From positions 1 to 42,810 of the forward strand of contig CAMVLU010000002.1 of NCBI GenBank assembly GCA_947168405.1: 42,810 bases of DNA, given 5' to 3'. Under the pieces are notes generated by a model. It was not told where the DNA came from. It worked only from the letters and a program-made list of their open reading frames with translations, and ran no database searches. Within the stretch, counting starts at the first letter, position 1, and each line of letters starts with the position of its first letter. Of the stretch, positions 8,952 through 17,107 are shown piece by piece. The stretch comes from an uncultured Clostridia bacterium. Its GTDB lineage: Bacteria > Bacillota_I > Bacilli_A > RF39 > UBA660. The position numbers and the translations under genes were made by a program.

Positions 8952-10238
8952 ATGAATATTAAAACAGTAACAGTTATTGGCGCAAATGGAACAATGGGAA
9001 AAAATGTATCAGCAATTTTTGCATCATTCGGAAATGCAAAGGTGTATTTAGCATGTAGAACGATGGAAAAAGCAAAACAAGCAATTGTTGATGCATATAA
9101 ATCTATAAGAACGGAAACTATCAGGGAAAAGTTAATTCCTATTACTTATGATAATATTGAAAGTGCAATTAAGGAATCAGATTTGATATTTGAAACTTTA
9201 AATGAAGATATTGATTTAAAAATTAGTATGTATGAGAAAATAAATGACTTTATACAAGATAATTCAATTATTGGTTCTGTTACTTCTGGCTTGAGCATAA
9301 AAAAATTATCTAGTGTTTTTGGTAGTAAGAAAAAAAATTTTTTTGGTATTCATTTTTTTAATCCACCATATAATTTAAGTTTATGTGAGTTGGTAATTCA
9401 CGATGAAACTCAAAGAGAAAAAGCATTAGAATTAAGTGATTATTTAACTAATTCATTAAATAGAACAGTTGTTTTAACAAAAGATTTACCTTCATTTTTA
9501 GGAAATAGAATAGGATTTTTCTTTATAAATGAAGCATTAAAATTAGCAGAAGAGTATAATGATAAAGGCGGAATTGATTATATTGATGCAATATTAGGAA
9601 ACTTTACTGGTCGTTCTATGCCTCCAATTGTTACAGCAGATTTTGTTGGATTAGACACATCTAAATCAATTATTGATTATATATTTGAAAATATAGATGA
9701 TAGTTTTAGAAATTCTTTTGAATTACCTAATTATATTACTAAACTAGTTGGAGATGGTAGATTAGGCAGAAAAGTGGGATTAGGTTTATATAAAAAAGAG
9801 GAAGATAAAAAATATGTTTATGATATTGAAAATGATGAATATAGATTAGTTGTAAAATATAATATAAAATTTGCCAATGAAATGAAAGAAAATATAATAA
9901 TTGGAAAATATAAAGAAGCAATAAATATTTTATTGAGTGATAGTTCTAACGAATCTACAATATGCAGACAAATGATTTATAAGTATATAATATATTCTTT
10001 GTATGTTTCTAATGTTGTTACAGATGATATTTATTCCTGTGATGATGCTATGGCAACAGGATTTGGTTGGTTACCTCCAATTGGATATATAGAATTATTA
10101 GGTGGAAAAGATAAATTTTATGAATTAGTAAAAAAAGAAATGGATGATAAATGGATAAAAGTATTAGATAATGAAAGATTGTTGGATAAACTGAATAAAA
10201 AATCTAAATATGATTATCGAAAATTTATTAAATCTTAA
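8952..10238 (+). CDS. 3-hydroxyacyl-CoA dehydrogenase family protein (long form)
   Basis: Rossmann motif VTVIGANGTMGKNV. FGIHFFNPP signature and GFFFINEAL are typical of 3HCDH enzymes. AGGAGG RBS. Confidence 0.85.
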   Translation: MNIKTVTVIGANGTMGKNVSAIFASFGNAKVYLACRTMEKAKQAIVDAYKSIRTETIREKLIPITYDNIESAIKESDLIFETLNEDIDLKISMYEKINDFIQDNSIIGSVTSGLSIKKLSSVFGSKKKNFFGIHFFNPPYNLSLCELVIHDETQREKALELSDYLTNSLNRTVVLTKDLPSFLGNRIGFFFINEALKLAEEYNDKGGIDYIDAILGNFTGRSMPPIVTADFVGLDTSKSIIDYIFENIDDSFRNSFELPNYITKLVGDGRLGRKVGLGLYKKEEDKKYVYDIENDEYRLVVKYNIKFANEMKENIIIGKYKEAINILLSDSSNESTICRQMIYKYIIYSLYVSNVVTDDIYSCDDAMATGFGWLPPIGYIELLGGKDKFYELVKKEMDDKWIKVLDNERLLDKLNKKSKYDYRKFIKS

Positions 10239-10255
10239 TATAAGGAGAATTTGAT

Positions 10256-11509
10256 ATGAATAATAAAGTATATATTTTAGGAGGATCTCAAACTGATTTT
10301 TCAAGAAATTGGAATAAAGAAGGTAAAAATGTAATTGCTTTACTTAGAGAAAATATTTTTGATACACTAAATGAAGTTAATTTAACAAAAGAAGAAATAA
10401 TAGAATTAAATAAAAATAATAAAATTGCAATATTTGTTGGTAATTTTATAGCAGAAAATTATATAAATCAAGGACATTTAGGTTCTCTTTTAACTGAGGT
10501 TGATCCTTGTTTTTATGGGATACCTTCTGCAAGATATGAGGCTGCTTGTGCTTCTGGATCAGTTGCCATCGATGCTGCATCTAGTAAAATAAAAGATGGA
10601 ACATATGATGTTGCAATTGTTATTGGATTCGAGTTAATGAAAACAGTTGATTCTAGAGTAGGTGGAAGTTTTTTAGGTAAGGCAGGGTACTATGAAAAAG
10701 AGGGAAAAGATATTGAATTACCATTTCCTAAATTATTTTCGAAATTGGCTGATGAATTACTTATAAAATATAATTTAAATAGAGAAGTCTTTTTAAAGGA
10801 TTTAGCGGATATTTCATTTATTAATTATAGAAATGCGAAAAGAAATAGTAATGCTCAAACAAGAGACTGGTATGTATGTGATAAAGAAATAATTAATAGA
10901 GGGAATGAAACAAATCCGATAATTGCTGGGGAATTAGCTTTAAAAGATTGCTCTCAAATAACTGATGGAGCTTCATCAATTATTCTTTGTTCAGATAAAT
11001 ACAATAAAATAAGAAATAATAAATCAAATGTAATTATTAAAGGATTTGGTCATAGAGTTGCTCCGTTAGAATTTGAAAAGAAAATGGAAGATTCTAAAAA
11101 TAATAAATATATATTGCCATGGACTAGGCAAGCATGTCTTGATGCATATAAAAGAGCAAAATTAACTGTTGATGACATAGATTTATTTGAAACTCACGAT
11201 TGTTTTACATCGAGTGAATATGCAGCTATTTCATGTTTTGGTTTATGCGAACCAGGAGGAGAACATAATGTAATTAATAGTGGAATAATAGATTTTAATG
11301 GTAAGAAACCAATTAATCCAAGTGGAGGATTAATTGGTTGTGGACATCCAGTAGGAGCAACAGGTGTGAGAATGATGCTTGATTTATATAAACAAGTAAG
11401 TAATAAAGCTGGAAAATATCAAATAAAAAATGCTAAAAATGCAATGATGTTAAATTTAGGCGGTTCTGCAACAACTAATTATGCGTATATAGTAGGAAAA
11501 GATATATAG
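10256..11509 (+). CDS. thiolase-fold acyltransferase (SCP-x/archaeal-like thiolase rather than AtoB type)
   Basis: [17 protein letters not shown] contains the nucleophilic Cys. Also HDCFTSSE and [20 protein letters not shown] near the C-terminus. AGGAGA RBS. Confidence 0.85.
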   Translation: MNNKVYILGGSQTDFSRNWNKEGKNVIALLRENIFDTLNEVNLTKEEIIELNKNNKIAIFVGNFIAENYINQGHLGSLLTEVDPCFYGIPSARYEAACASGSVAIDAASSKIKDGTYDVAIVIGFELMKTVDSRVGGSFLGKAGYYEKEGKDIELPFPKLFSKLADELLIKYNLNREVFLKDLADISFINYRNAKRNSNAQTRDWYVCDKEIINRGNETNPIIAGELALKDCSQITDGASSIILCSDKYNKIRNNKSNVIIKGFGHRVAPLEFEKKMEDSKNNKYILPWTRQACLDAYKRAKLTVDDIDLFETHDCFTSSEYAAISCFGLCEPGGEHNVINSGIIDFNGKKPINPSGGLIGCGHPVGATGVRMMLDLYKQVSNKAGKYQIKNAKNAMMLNLGGSATTNYAYIVGKDI

Positions 11510-11542
11510 ATAGGTGTAAAGATAAAAAAATAAGAAATTAAT

Positions 11543-11572
11543 TATTACTTTTTTGAAAAAGAAAAAGTAATA
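11543..11572 (+). terminator. A/T-rich hairpin after the thiolase gene, possible weak terminator
   Basis: ATTACTTTTT (11544-11553) pairs with AAAAAGTAAT (11562-11571). No clear U-tract follows. Confidence 0.3.
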
Positions 11573-11639
11573 GTACAGTATGCAGTAGATATTTATCGTT
11601 TTATAATATTTAATTTATATATGATTAGAGGAAAAATAT

Positions 11640-11725
11640 AAGTATAAAGTTAATAGAATTAAAATGAAAAATTGTGAATCTTCTTTAATAATTATTTTTG
11701 AAGAGAAAGAGATAATAAATTTAAA
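11640..11725 (+). pseudogene. possible decayed 3' tail of an Rpn/PD-(D/E)xK-transposase-like gene (module A)
   Basis: Translates as ...KVNRIKMKNCESSLIIIFEEKEIINLNVK. It shares NRIKM and an EE-x-E tail with the clearer remnant at 14527-14660. No intact ORF context. Confidence 0.3.
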
Positions 11726-11760
11726 TGTAAAAAGTATGTACCTTTTTACATTTTTCTTTT
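11726..11760 (+). terminator. rho-independent terminator-like hairpin with no intact gene to terminate
   Basis: TGTAAAAAG (11726-11734), 7-nt loop, CTTTTTACA (11742-11750), then TTTTTCTTTT. Confidence 0.5.
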
Positions 11761-11787
11761 TACTTTATCAGCAGAAGTTGTTATAAT
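11759..11787 (+). promoter_or_regulatory. promoter of the STAND gene
   Basis: TTTACT (11759-11764), 17-bp spacer, extended -10 TGtTATAAT (11779-11787). GAGGAG RBS before ATG 11834. Confidence 0.5.
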
Positions 11788-11833
11788 ATAGGTGAGAAAT
11801 TTATTAATAAGATGTTAGAGGAGTATTTAAAGT

Positions 11834-14482
11834 ATGGATATAATTAGTAATGCAAAATTAAAAAGAAATTTTCTTTTTTGTTTGTTATCAAATATAGAAA
11901 TTGATTTGAGAAAGAATATTGTTGATAATGATAAAATAGAAAAAAATTCAAGTATATTAGAAAAATTGAAAAATAGATATAAAGATGATAATAATAATGA
12001 AACCAATGACATAATGTTTTTAATAAATTATGCAGATTTAGGCGATTATATTCAAATTTTAAATTCTAATTGTTTGAAATTTATTAATTCTAAAATGGTA
12101 AAAAAACTCACCGATGAGATAGAGAAAATTGTACCAACAAGAAATAGAATTATGCATATTAGACCTTTGGAACCAAACGACGATAAATTAATAATTGATT
12201 TTGTAAATAAAATGAATAAATTTTCTGATATTATAAATTTTTCAAATACAATTTCAGAATACAATAAAATAAAAGAAGATCCTGATTATTTGCTTTCTGT
12301 TGTACCAAATATAATAATAAAAGAAAAGCAAAAAATTAAGCACAATCTGCCAATGGTTGATTATGATGATACAGGTTTTATTGGCAGGAACAAGGATAAA
12401 GATGAATTAAAGAAAAAAATAACTGGTCCATATCCCGTTATTTCAGTTATAGGTGTTGGTGGAATAGGAAAAACTTCTCTTGTTTTAAGTTGCTTATATG
12501 AAATGCTAGATGAAGAAGCTATATTTAATACTATTATTTGGATAACATTAAAAACAAAAGGACTTTATAATGGTGATTTTAAAGAAATTAAAGATGTTAT
12601 TTTAAATTTAGATGAAAATTTTAAAAAGATAAATTATGATTTTCAAAATGATAACATATCTAATATTAATGATATATTATCATATATGAGTAATAATAAA
12701 ACTCTTCTTGTTATAGATAATTTAGAAACATTGAGTAATGATAAAACAATAATAAAATTATTCGAAGAAATACCAAATGGATCTAAAATTTTAATTACAT
12801 CTAGAATTGGCTTTGGTAATTATGAGCAAAGTTTTAAACTTGAAGCATTAAATAATAAAGAATCTTTGGATTATTTTAGAAAATTAGCAAAAGTATATAA
12901 AGTAAAATCTTTAATAAAACAAACAGATAATAGTTTAGAAAAATATTTGGAAAAATTAAATAATAATCCTCTAGCAATTAAATGGTTTATTATCAATGTT
13001 GGAAAGGGAATGGTACCTAGTGAAATTTTGAATAATCATATATCAGATTTAACTGATTTTTGTTTATCAAATATTTATGATAAATTATCAGAAGATGCAA
13101 AATATATATTAAGAATTATATTAATAAAAACTAACAAATGTGGGTTAGCAGAATTATTGTATTTATGTGAACTTAGTCATGATAGATGTTTAAATTCAAT
13201 TAATGAGTTATTTACAAGCAACTTTTTAGTACAAAATGATGATTTTAGTTATTCTATATTAGATTTTGCTGTTAATTATATTCAAAATAAAAAAGGAATC
13301 TTTAATTATGAGATAGATAGTAATATTCAAACAAAAATTAATAAATTAAATGGAAGTTTGGAGAATTTAAAAAATAATATTCATTTAGTTAATGAGTATC
13401 ATCCTTTGTCTCTTTTTCCCAAAACAAATGATGAAAGAATTGCAACACTATATATGTTAAAGGCTATAGAATGTTCCAAAAACAAAAATTATTCAGAGGT
13501 AGATGAATTTATAAGTTTAGCACAAAATGCAACTTTTTCTTTCTCTGATATATATAAAATTGCAGGTTACATATATTCTAAATATGATAGCATTAAATCA
13601 GAAAATTTTTATAATATTGCAATAAATAGAGCCGAAAATAAAGCACCTGTATACTATTTTTTTGCAGGTTCATTAATTAATAATCAAAAATATGAAATGG
13701 CAGAAGAAGTAATAAAAAAAGCAATCGAATTAGAACCAGATAATAGTCTAATTAAGCTAAGGTATGCTAGATTAGAGAAAATGCAAAATAAATTTAATAT
13801 ATCTTTAAGAATGTTATCAGATATAGATAATAATAGTTTCAATGAATATGAAAGTAAGATGGAAGTAAAATATATTTTTGAAATGATTGATACTAGAATA
13901 AGATATGCTGAATCGTTACTTGAAAATGATAAGGAATTGTCATTTTCTAATATATTAGAAACTTTGAAATTCTTGAGTCACTGTAAGACTAGTTTATTTG
14001 ACTTTACCATATATAATTCACTTTTTAAATTGTGTCATATATATATAAGACTTTTATCGAATTCAAATTTTGATACGAAAGAATTTATTGATTTTATATT
14101 TCATTATCATTCATACATATTAGCAGCAAAAAATGGTCATAAAAAAGAGCATTTGTTTGAAAGCGACTTAGATTGTTTGTGTCAGAGATTATCTGATGAC
14201 GAATCAAAAAAGATTAATGATATTTTTAATTATAATGGTTCAATTAAAGATATAAATTATGGATATATTTGCTCGTTAAAAAAAGAAAGAGGATATGGTT
14301 TTATAACACCATCTACATATTCATATCAAACTATATTTTTTCATTGTAGTCAATTTAAAGGTGATTTTAGAAAATTAAATGCTTATGATAAAGTATCTTT
14401 TGAAATGTTTATTTCAAGTCAAAAAGTTAATGCAGTTAATGTTCGACTTTATAAATACGATAAATCAACAGATGACAATTGA
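11834..14482 (+). CDS. STAND NTPase: N-terminal Swt1-like HEPN, NB-ARC ATPase, TPR repeats, C-terminal cold-shock domain
   Basis: HEPN Rx4H motif RNRIMH (nt 12140-12157). Walker A GVGGIGKTS (12452-12478). Walker B LLVIDNLE (12704-12727). ILITSR and NNPLAIKWF (GxP-like) motifs. TPR-like KAIELEPDNSLIKLRYARL. CSD motifs RGYGFITP...IFFHCSQF...DKVSFE...AVNV (about 14255-14449). Confidence 0.85.
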   Translation: MDIISNAKLKRNFLFCLLSNIEIDLRKNIVDNDKIEKNSSILEKLKNRYKDDNNNETNDIMFLINYADLGDYIQILNSNCLKFINSKMVKKLTDEIEKIVPTRNRIMHIRPLEPNDDKLIIDFVNKMNKFSDIINFSNTISEYNKIKEDPDYLLSVVPNIIIKEKQKIKHNLPMVDYDDTGFIGRNKDKDELKKKITGPYPVISVIGVGGIGKTSLVLSCLYEMLDEEAIFNTIIWITLKTKGLYNGDFKEIKDVILNLDENFKKINYDFQNDNISNINDILSYMSNNKTLLVIDNLETLSNDKTIIKLFEEIPNGSKILITSRIGFGNYEQSFKLEALNNKESLDYFRKLAKVYKVKSLIKQTDNSLEKYLEKLNNNPLAIKWFIINVGKGMVPSEILNNHISDLTDFCLSNIYDKLSEDAKYILRIILIKTNKCGLAELLYLCELSHDRCLNSINELFTSNFLVQNDDFSYSILDFAVNYIQNKKGIFNYEIDSNIQTKINKLNGSLENLKNNIHLVNEYHPLSLFPKTNDERIATLYMLKAIECSKNKNYSEVDEFISLAQNATFSFSDIYKIAGYIYSKYDSIKSENFYNIAINRAENKAPVYYFFAGSLINNQKYEMAEEVIKKAIELEPDNSLIKLRYARLEKMQNKFNISLRMLSDIDNNSFNEYESKMEVKYIFEMIDTRIRYAESLLENDKELSFSNILETLKFLSHCKTSLFDFTIYNSLFKLCHIYIRLLSNSNFDTKEFIDFIFHYHSYILAAKNGHKKEHLFESDLDCLCQRLSDDESKKINDIFNYNGSIKDINYGYICSLKKERGYGFITPSTYSYQTIFFHCSQFKGDFRKLNAYDKVSFEMFISSQKVNAVNVRLYKYDKSTDDN

Positions 14483-14526
14483 TATAAGATAACTAATTAT
14501 ATTATTAATAGAAGGGAAAATGCTGA

Positions 14527-14660
14527 CTTTATAATGGTGTAGAGCAAGGAATTAAACAAAATCGAATAAAAATGATAATTAATAAGTATGATAAAAAATG
14601 TCATTAGGAGATATACCTAATATACCTAATATTTAAATAGAAGAAGTAGAAAAAGTGTAA
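14527..14660 (+). pseudogene. decayed 3' tail of an Rpn/PD-(D/E)xK-transposase-like gene (module B)
   Basis: Reads LYNGVEQGIKQNRIKMIINKYDKK, then a frameshift, then MSLGDIPNIPNI*IEEVEKV*. This resembles the (E/Q)G-repeat and ...GLS-x-EEIEKL C-terminus of that family. Contains a stop, a frameshift and a 9-bp tandem duplication (ATACCTAAT x2). Confidence 0.45.
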
Positions 14661-14690
14661 AACAGGTGTAATGTTTTATGCTTTTCTTTT
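14656..14690 (+). terminator. terminator-like hairpin (probably ends the STAND transcript)
   Basis: TAAAACA (14658-14664), 7-nt loop, TGTTTTA (14672-14678), then CTTTTCTTTT. Confidence 0.5.
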
Positions 14691-14716
14691 ACTTTTTATA
14701 TGTCTGTTGTTATAAT
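14688..14716 (+). promoter_or_regulatory. promoter of the DUF4365-like operon
   Basis: TTTACT (14688-14693), 17-bp spacer, TGtTATAAT (14708-14716). Same architecture as 11759-11787. Confidence 0.5.
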
Positions 14717-14743
14717 AAAAATATGAGGTTTAGGTGATTTATT

Positions 14744-16534
14744 GTGGTTAATCTTGCAAGATATGTAAAAAGTTCATTTGATGAAAGTAAAGGAAATGAT
14801 TTTTTAGATTTAGTTTTAACTAGTACTAATAAAATATATTCACATTTTCCTAAATTAGATAAAGGACCTAATTTTGATGGTCATTTTGAATTGTTAGATA
14901 ATAATGGTATTCCTATAGGTAGATTTAATGTACAAATTAAAACTATGAATACTGATTATAAAAATAATAATAAAAGAGGAATTATTAGTCAATATAAGTA
15001 TTCTTGTGATACAAAAATATTTAATGCTGTAAAACATGGAATAACGCTTGATCCTTGTTATTTATTTATGGTAGATGTTGTAAATAGAAGAATATTTGGT
15101 AAATATGTTAGTTTAGAATATGTATTGTCTTTAGATATAAAAAATGAAAATAATAAAGTTATATATTTTAATGATGATGATGAAATAGTTGATGTAAATA
15201 ATTTTTATAATAATTTAGTTGATATTTATAATGATAGAAAAAATAAAATGATAAGTATTGAACAAAATAAATTTATTATTACATCTTCTATATCTGATGA
15301 AGAATTAAGTGATTTACAATTAGAATTTGATTATTTAAATAATATGTTTGACAATGAATTAAAATATATTAAGGATAAATTATTTCCTAATATTTGGAAG
15401 TTTGGTATAGCTTACATGAAAGAAGAAAAATCTCTTGGTGTTGGTATTTATTATATTAAAAAAGGGAAAAATGGAGAATTTATAAAATATTTAAATGATG
15501 AAACATTTGGTAATTGTTCATTTATTACTATAAGTAATAAAACAAAAATAAGAGATTTAATTAATGGATTTATATCTTCAATTTTAGAAAGATGTTATGA
15601 ATATAGGATTATACCTATTGAATATGTTGATAATGAGGTATTATTTGAAATATTATTTTATTTTTTAGATGAAATATCTAAAGTATATAAAGAGGTGGAA
15701 AATAAAAATAAATTAGATGTTTATTATAAAGATGAAGAAGACATTAATATAATAAAAAATTATTATTATGGAATAGAGAAATATATTAAATATACATTTG
15801 GAAAAGCATTTAATGTAGTAACTACTACTAAAAGTAAATATTCTATGTATAAAATTGATCCTTTAGACGAACCTTTTTCTGGAAACGATATGTACGAAAA
15901 AGAAAAACTTCTTATAAATTGTTTTAAAGAATTAAATGATGATATGTTTGACAATAAAATAATAGTTGATGGAAATCATTTTTATGAGTTAATTAAAGAA
16001 TCTATTTATGAATTAGAAAGAAGAAATATAAAAAAAGTAAAAAGAGTTTGGATACCTAAAGATTGGAACGATTATATAAATAGAGTAGAAAATGGAAACA
16101 GATACAAGATAGAAAATACTTTTAAAATATCAGATTATAATTATAATATTAAAAAATTATTATCTATATTTCCTTCTCAATATAACGATTTTGTAAGTAA
16201 AATAAATAAAAAATTATCATTAAAAAATAAATATGTATGTGGTTATTCTAATGATGACCAATATTTATTGAGATATGAAAAATATGAAAGTAATAAATTT
16301 GAAATTATAATAGATAACCATATTTTAAATAATAAAGTTGCTGAAATTACACAAGATATGAAAAATAAAAAATTTATTAGTAGAACAGATGTTTCAATTC
16401 CATATGCTTTTAAAGATATGACTCTTTTAATAAATTTAAACTATGTATTTATTAGACAATTTTGTTTTATAAATGGTATCAAGGATATTGATTTAAATGA
16501 TCAAAATATATTATTTGATATGATAGGAGATTAA
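14744..16534 (+). CDS. 596-aa protein with a DUF4365-like (PD-(D/E)xK restriction-endonuclease-fold) N-terminal domain; remaining ~450 aa unrecognised
   Basis: NFDGHFELLDNNGIPIGRFNVQIKT (D45 ... Q64-I-K66, nt 14876-14941), then DPCYLFMVDVVNRRIFGKYVS, matches the D..vQvK / vlvvvD pattern of DUF4365. GTG start lies 6 nt after an AGGTGA RBS. Confidence 0.7.
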   Translation: MVNLARYVKSSFDESKGNDFLDLVLTSTNKIYSHFPKLDKGPNFDGHFELLDNNGIPIGRFNVQIKTMNTDYKNNNKRGIISQYKYSCDTKIFNAVKHGITLDPCYLFMVDVVNRRIFGKYVSLEYVLSLDIKNENNKVIYFNDDDEIVDVNNFYNNLVDIYNDRKNKMISIEQNKFIITSSISDEELSDLQLEFDYLNNMFDNELKYIKDKLFPNIWKFGIAYMKEEKSLGVGIYYIKKGKNGEFIKYLNDETFGNCSFITISNKTKIRDLINGFISSILERCYEYRIIPIEYVDNEVLFEILFYFLDEISKVYKEVENKNKLDVYYKDEEDINIIKNYYYGIEKYIKYTFGKAFNVVTTTKSKYSMYKIDPLDEPFSGNDMYEKEKLLINCFKELNDDMFDNKIIVDGNHFYELIKESIYELERRNIKKVKRVWIPKDWNDYINRVENGNRYKIENTFKISDYNYNIKKLLSIFPSQYNDFVSKINKKLSLKNKYVCGYSNDDQYLLRYEKYESNKFEIIIDNHILNNKVAEITQDMKNKKFISRTDVSIPYAFKDMTLLINLNYVFIRQFCFINGIKDIDLNDQNILFDMIGD

Positions 16535-16551
16535 AATAAGGAGGTGAAGTA

Positions 16552-16839
16552 ATGGAAAGACCTATAGGAGTTGAAGCTCAAAATAAAGCTATTGAATTTG
16601 AGCATATTCTTAGAAATGTGTATGGAAATGTTTATTTAAATTCATCTGATGAATTAAGAAATAGTTTATATGATAAACTAGTAGAAGTTAATTTATCAAG
16701 TAGTAAGAATAATAAACAAATAGAATTTATTAATAAGTATTTTTATCTTGAAGGAGAATCTATTGATTCTATATTAGAGAGAGAAGATGGAATAGAATTA
16801 TTAGATGAAATAAAAAAAGATTTAAAAGAGATAATATAA
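16552..16839 (+). CDS. 95-aa acidic protein, unknown function, translationally linked to the upstream gene
   Basis: Strong RBS AAGGAGGTGA 6 nt before the ATG and a 17-nt gap after the upstream stop. E/D-rich. No family recognised. Confidence 0.7.
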   Translation: MERPIGVEAQNKAIEFEHILRNVYGNVYLNSSDELRNSLYDKLVEVNLSSSKNNKQIEFINKYFYLEGESIDSILEREDGIELLDEIKKDLKEII

Positions 16840-16892
16840 AGAAATAAATTTATTTTGAAAAAAATTTATTTTTTTTTTTTTATTAAAAAATT

Positions 16893-16918
16893 AAAAAGGT
16901 GAACATTTTTCACCTTTT
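16893..16918 (+). terminator. terminator hairpin of the two-gene operon
   Basis: AAAAGGTGAA (16894-16903), loop CATTT, TTCACCTTTT (16909-16918). Confidence 0.5.
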
Positions 16919-17107
16919 GACCTTTTTAAAACATTGAAAAATAAGAAAATTAAAAAAAATATATTTTTTTGTAAATTGGCCTAAAAAATTAATATATTAT
17001 AATTGGGGGATTTTTTTACTAAACAAAAGGAGGTTATAAAATGTAAGAAGTATATTAGTAATTAAAGAAATAATTTAAAAAAAATAATAGAAAGAAGGGA
17101 AGTAAAA

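Noticed and set aside
11664-11789. 41-aa ORF (MKNCESSLIIIFEEKEIINLNVKSMYLFTFFFLLYQQKLL*) upstream of the STAND gene.
   Set aside because: It runs straight through a terminator hairpin and the -35/-10 of the STAND promoter, and it has no RBS. It is better explained as a decayed gene tail plus regulatory DNA.
16843-16881. AAATAAATTTATTT palindrome and a T13 tract after the 95-aa gene.
   Set aside because: This is A/T-only low-complexity sequence, so any pairing would be thermodynamically negligible. The GGTGAA/TTCACC hairpin at 16893-16918 is the more credible terminator.
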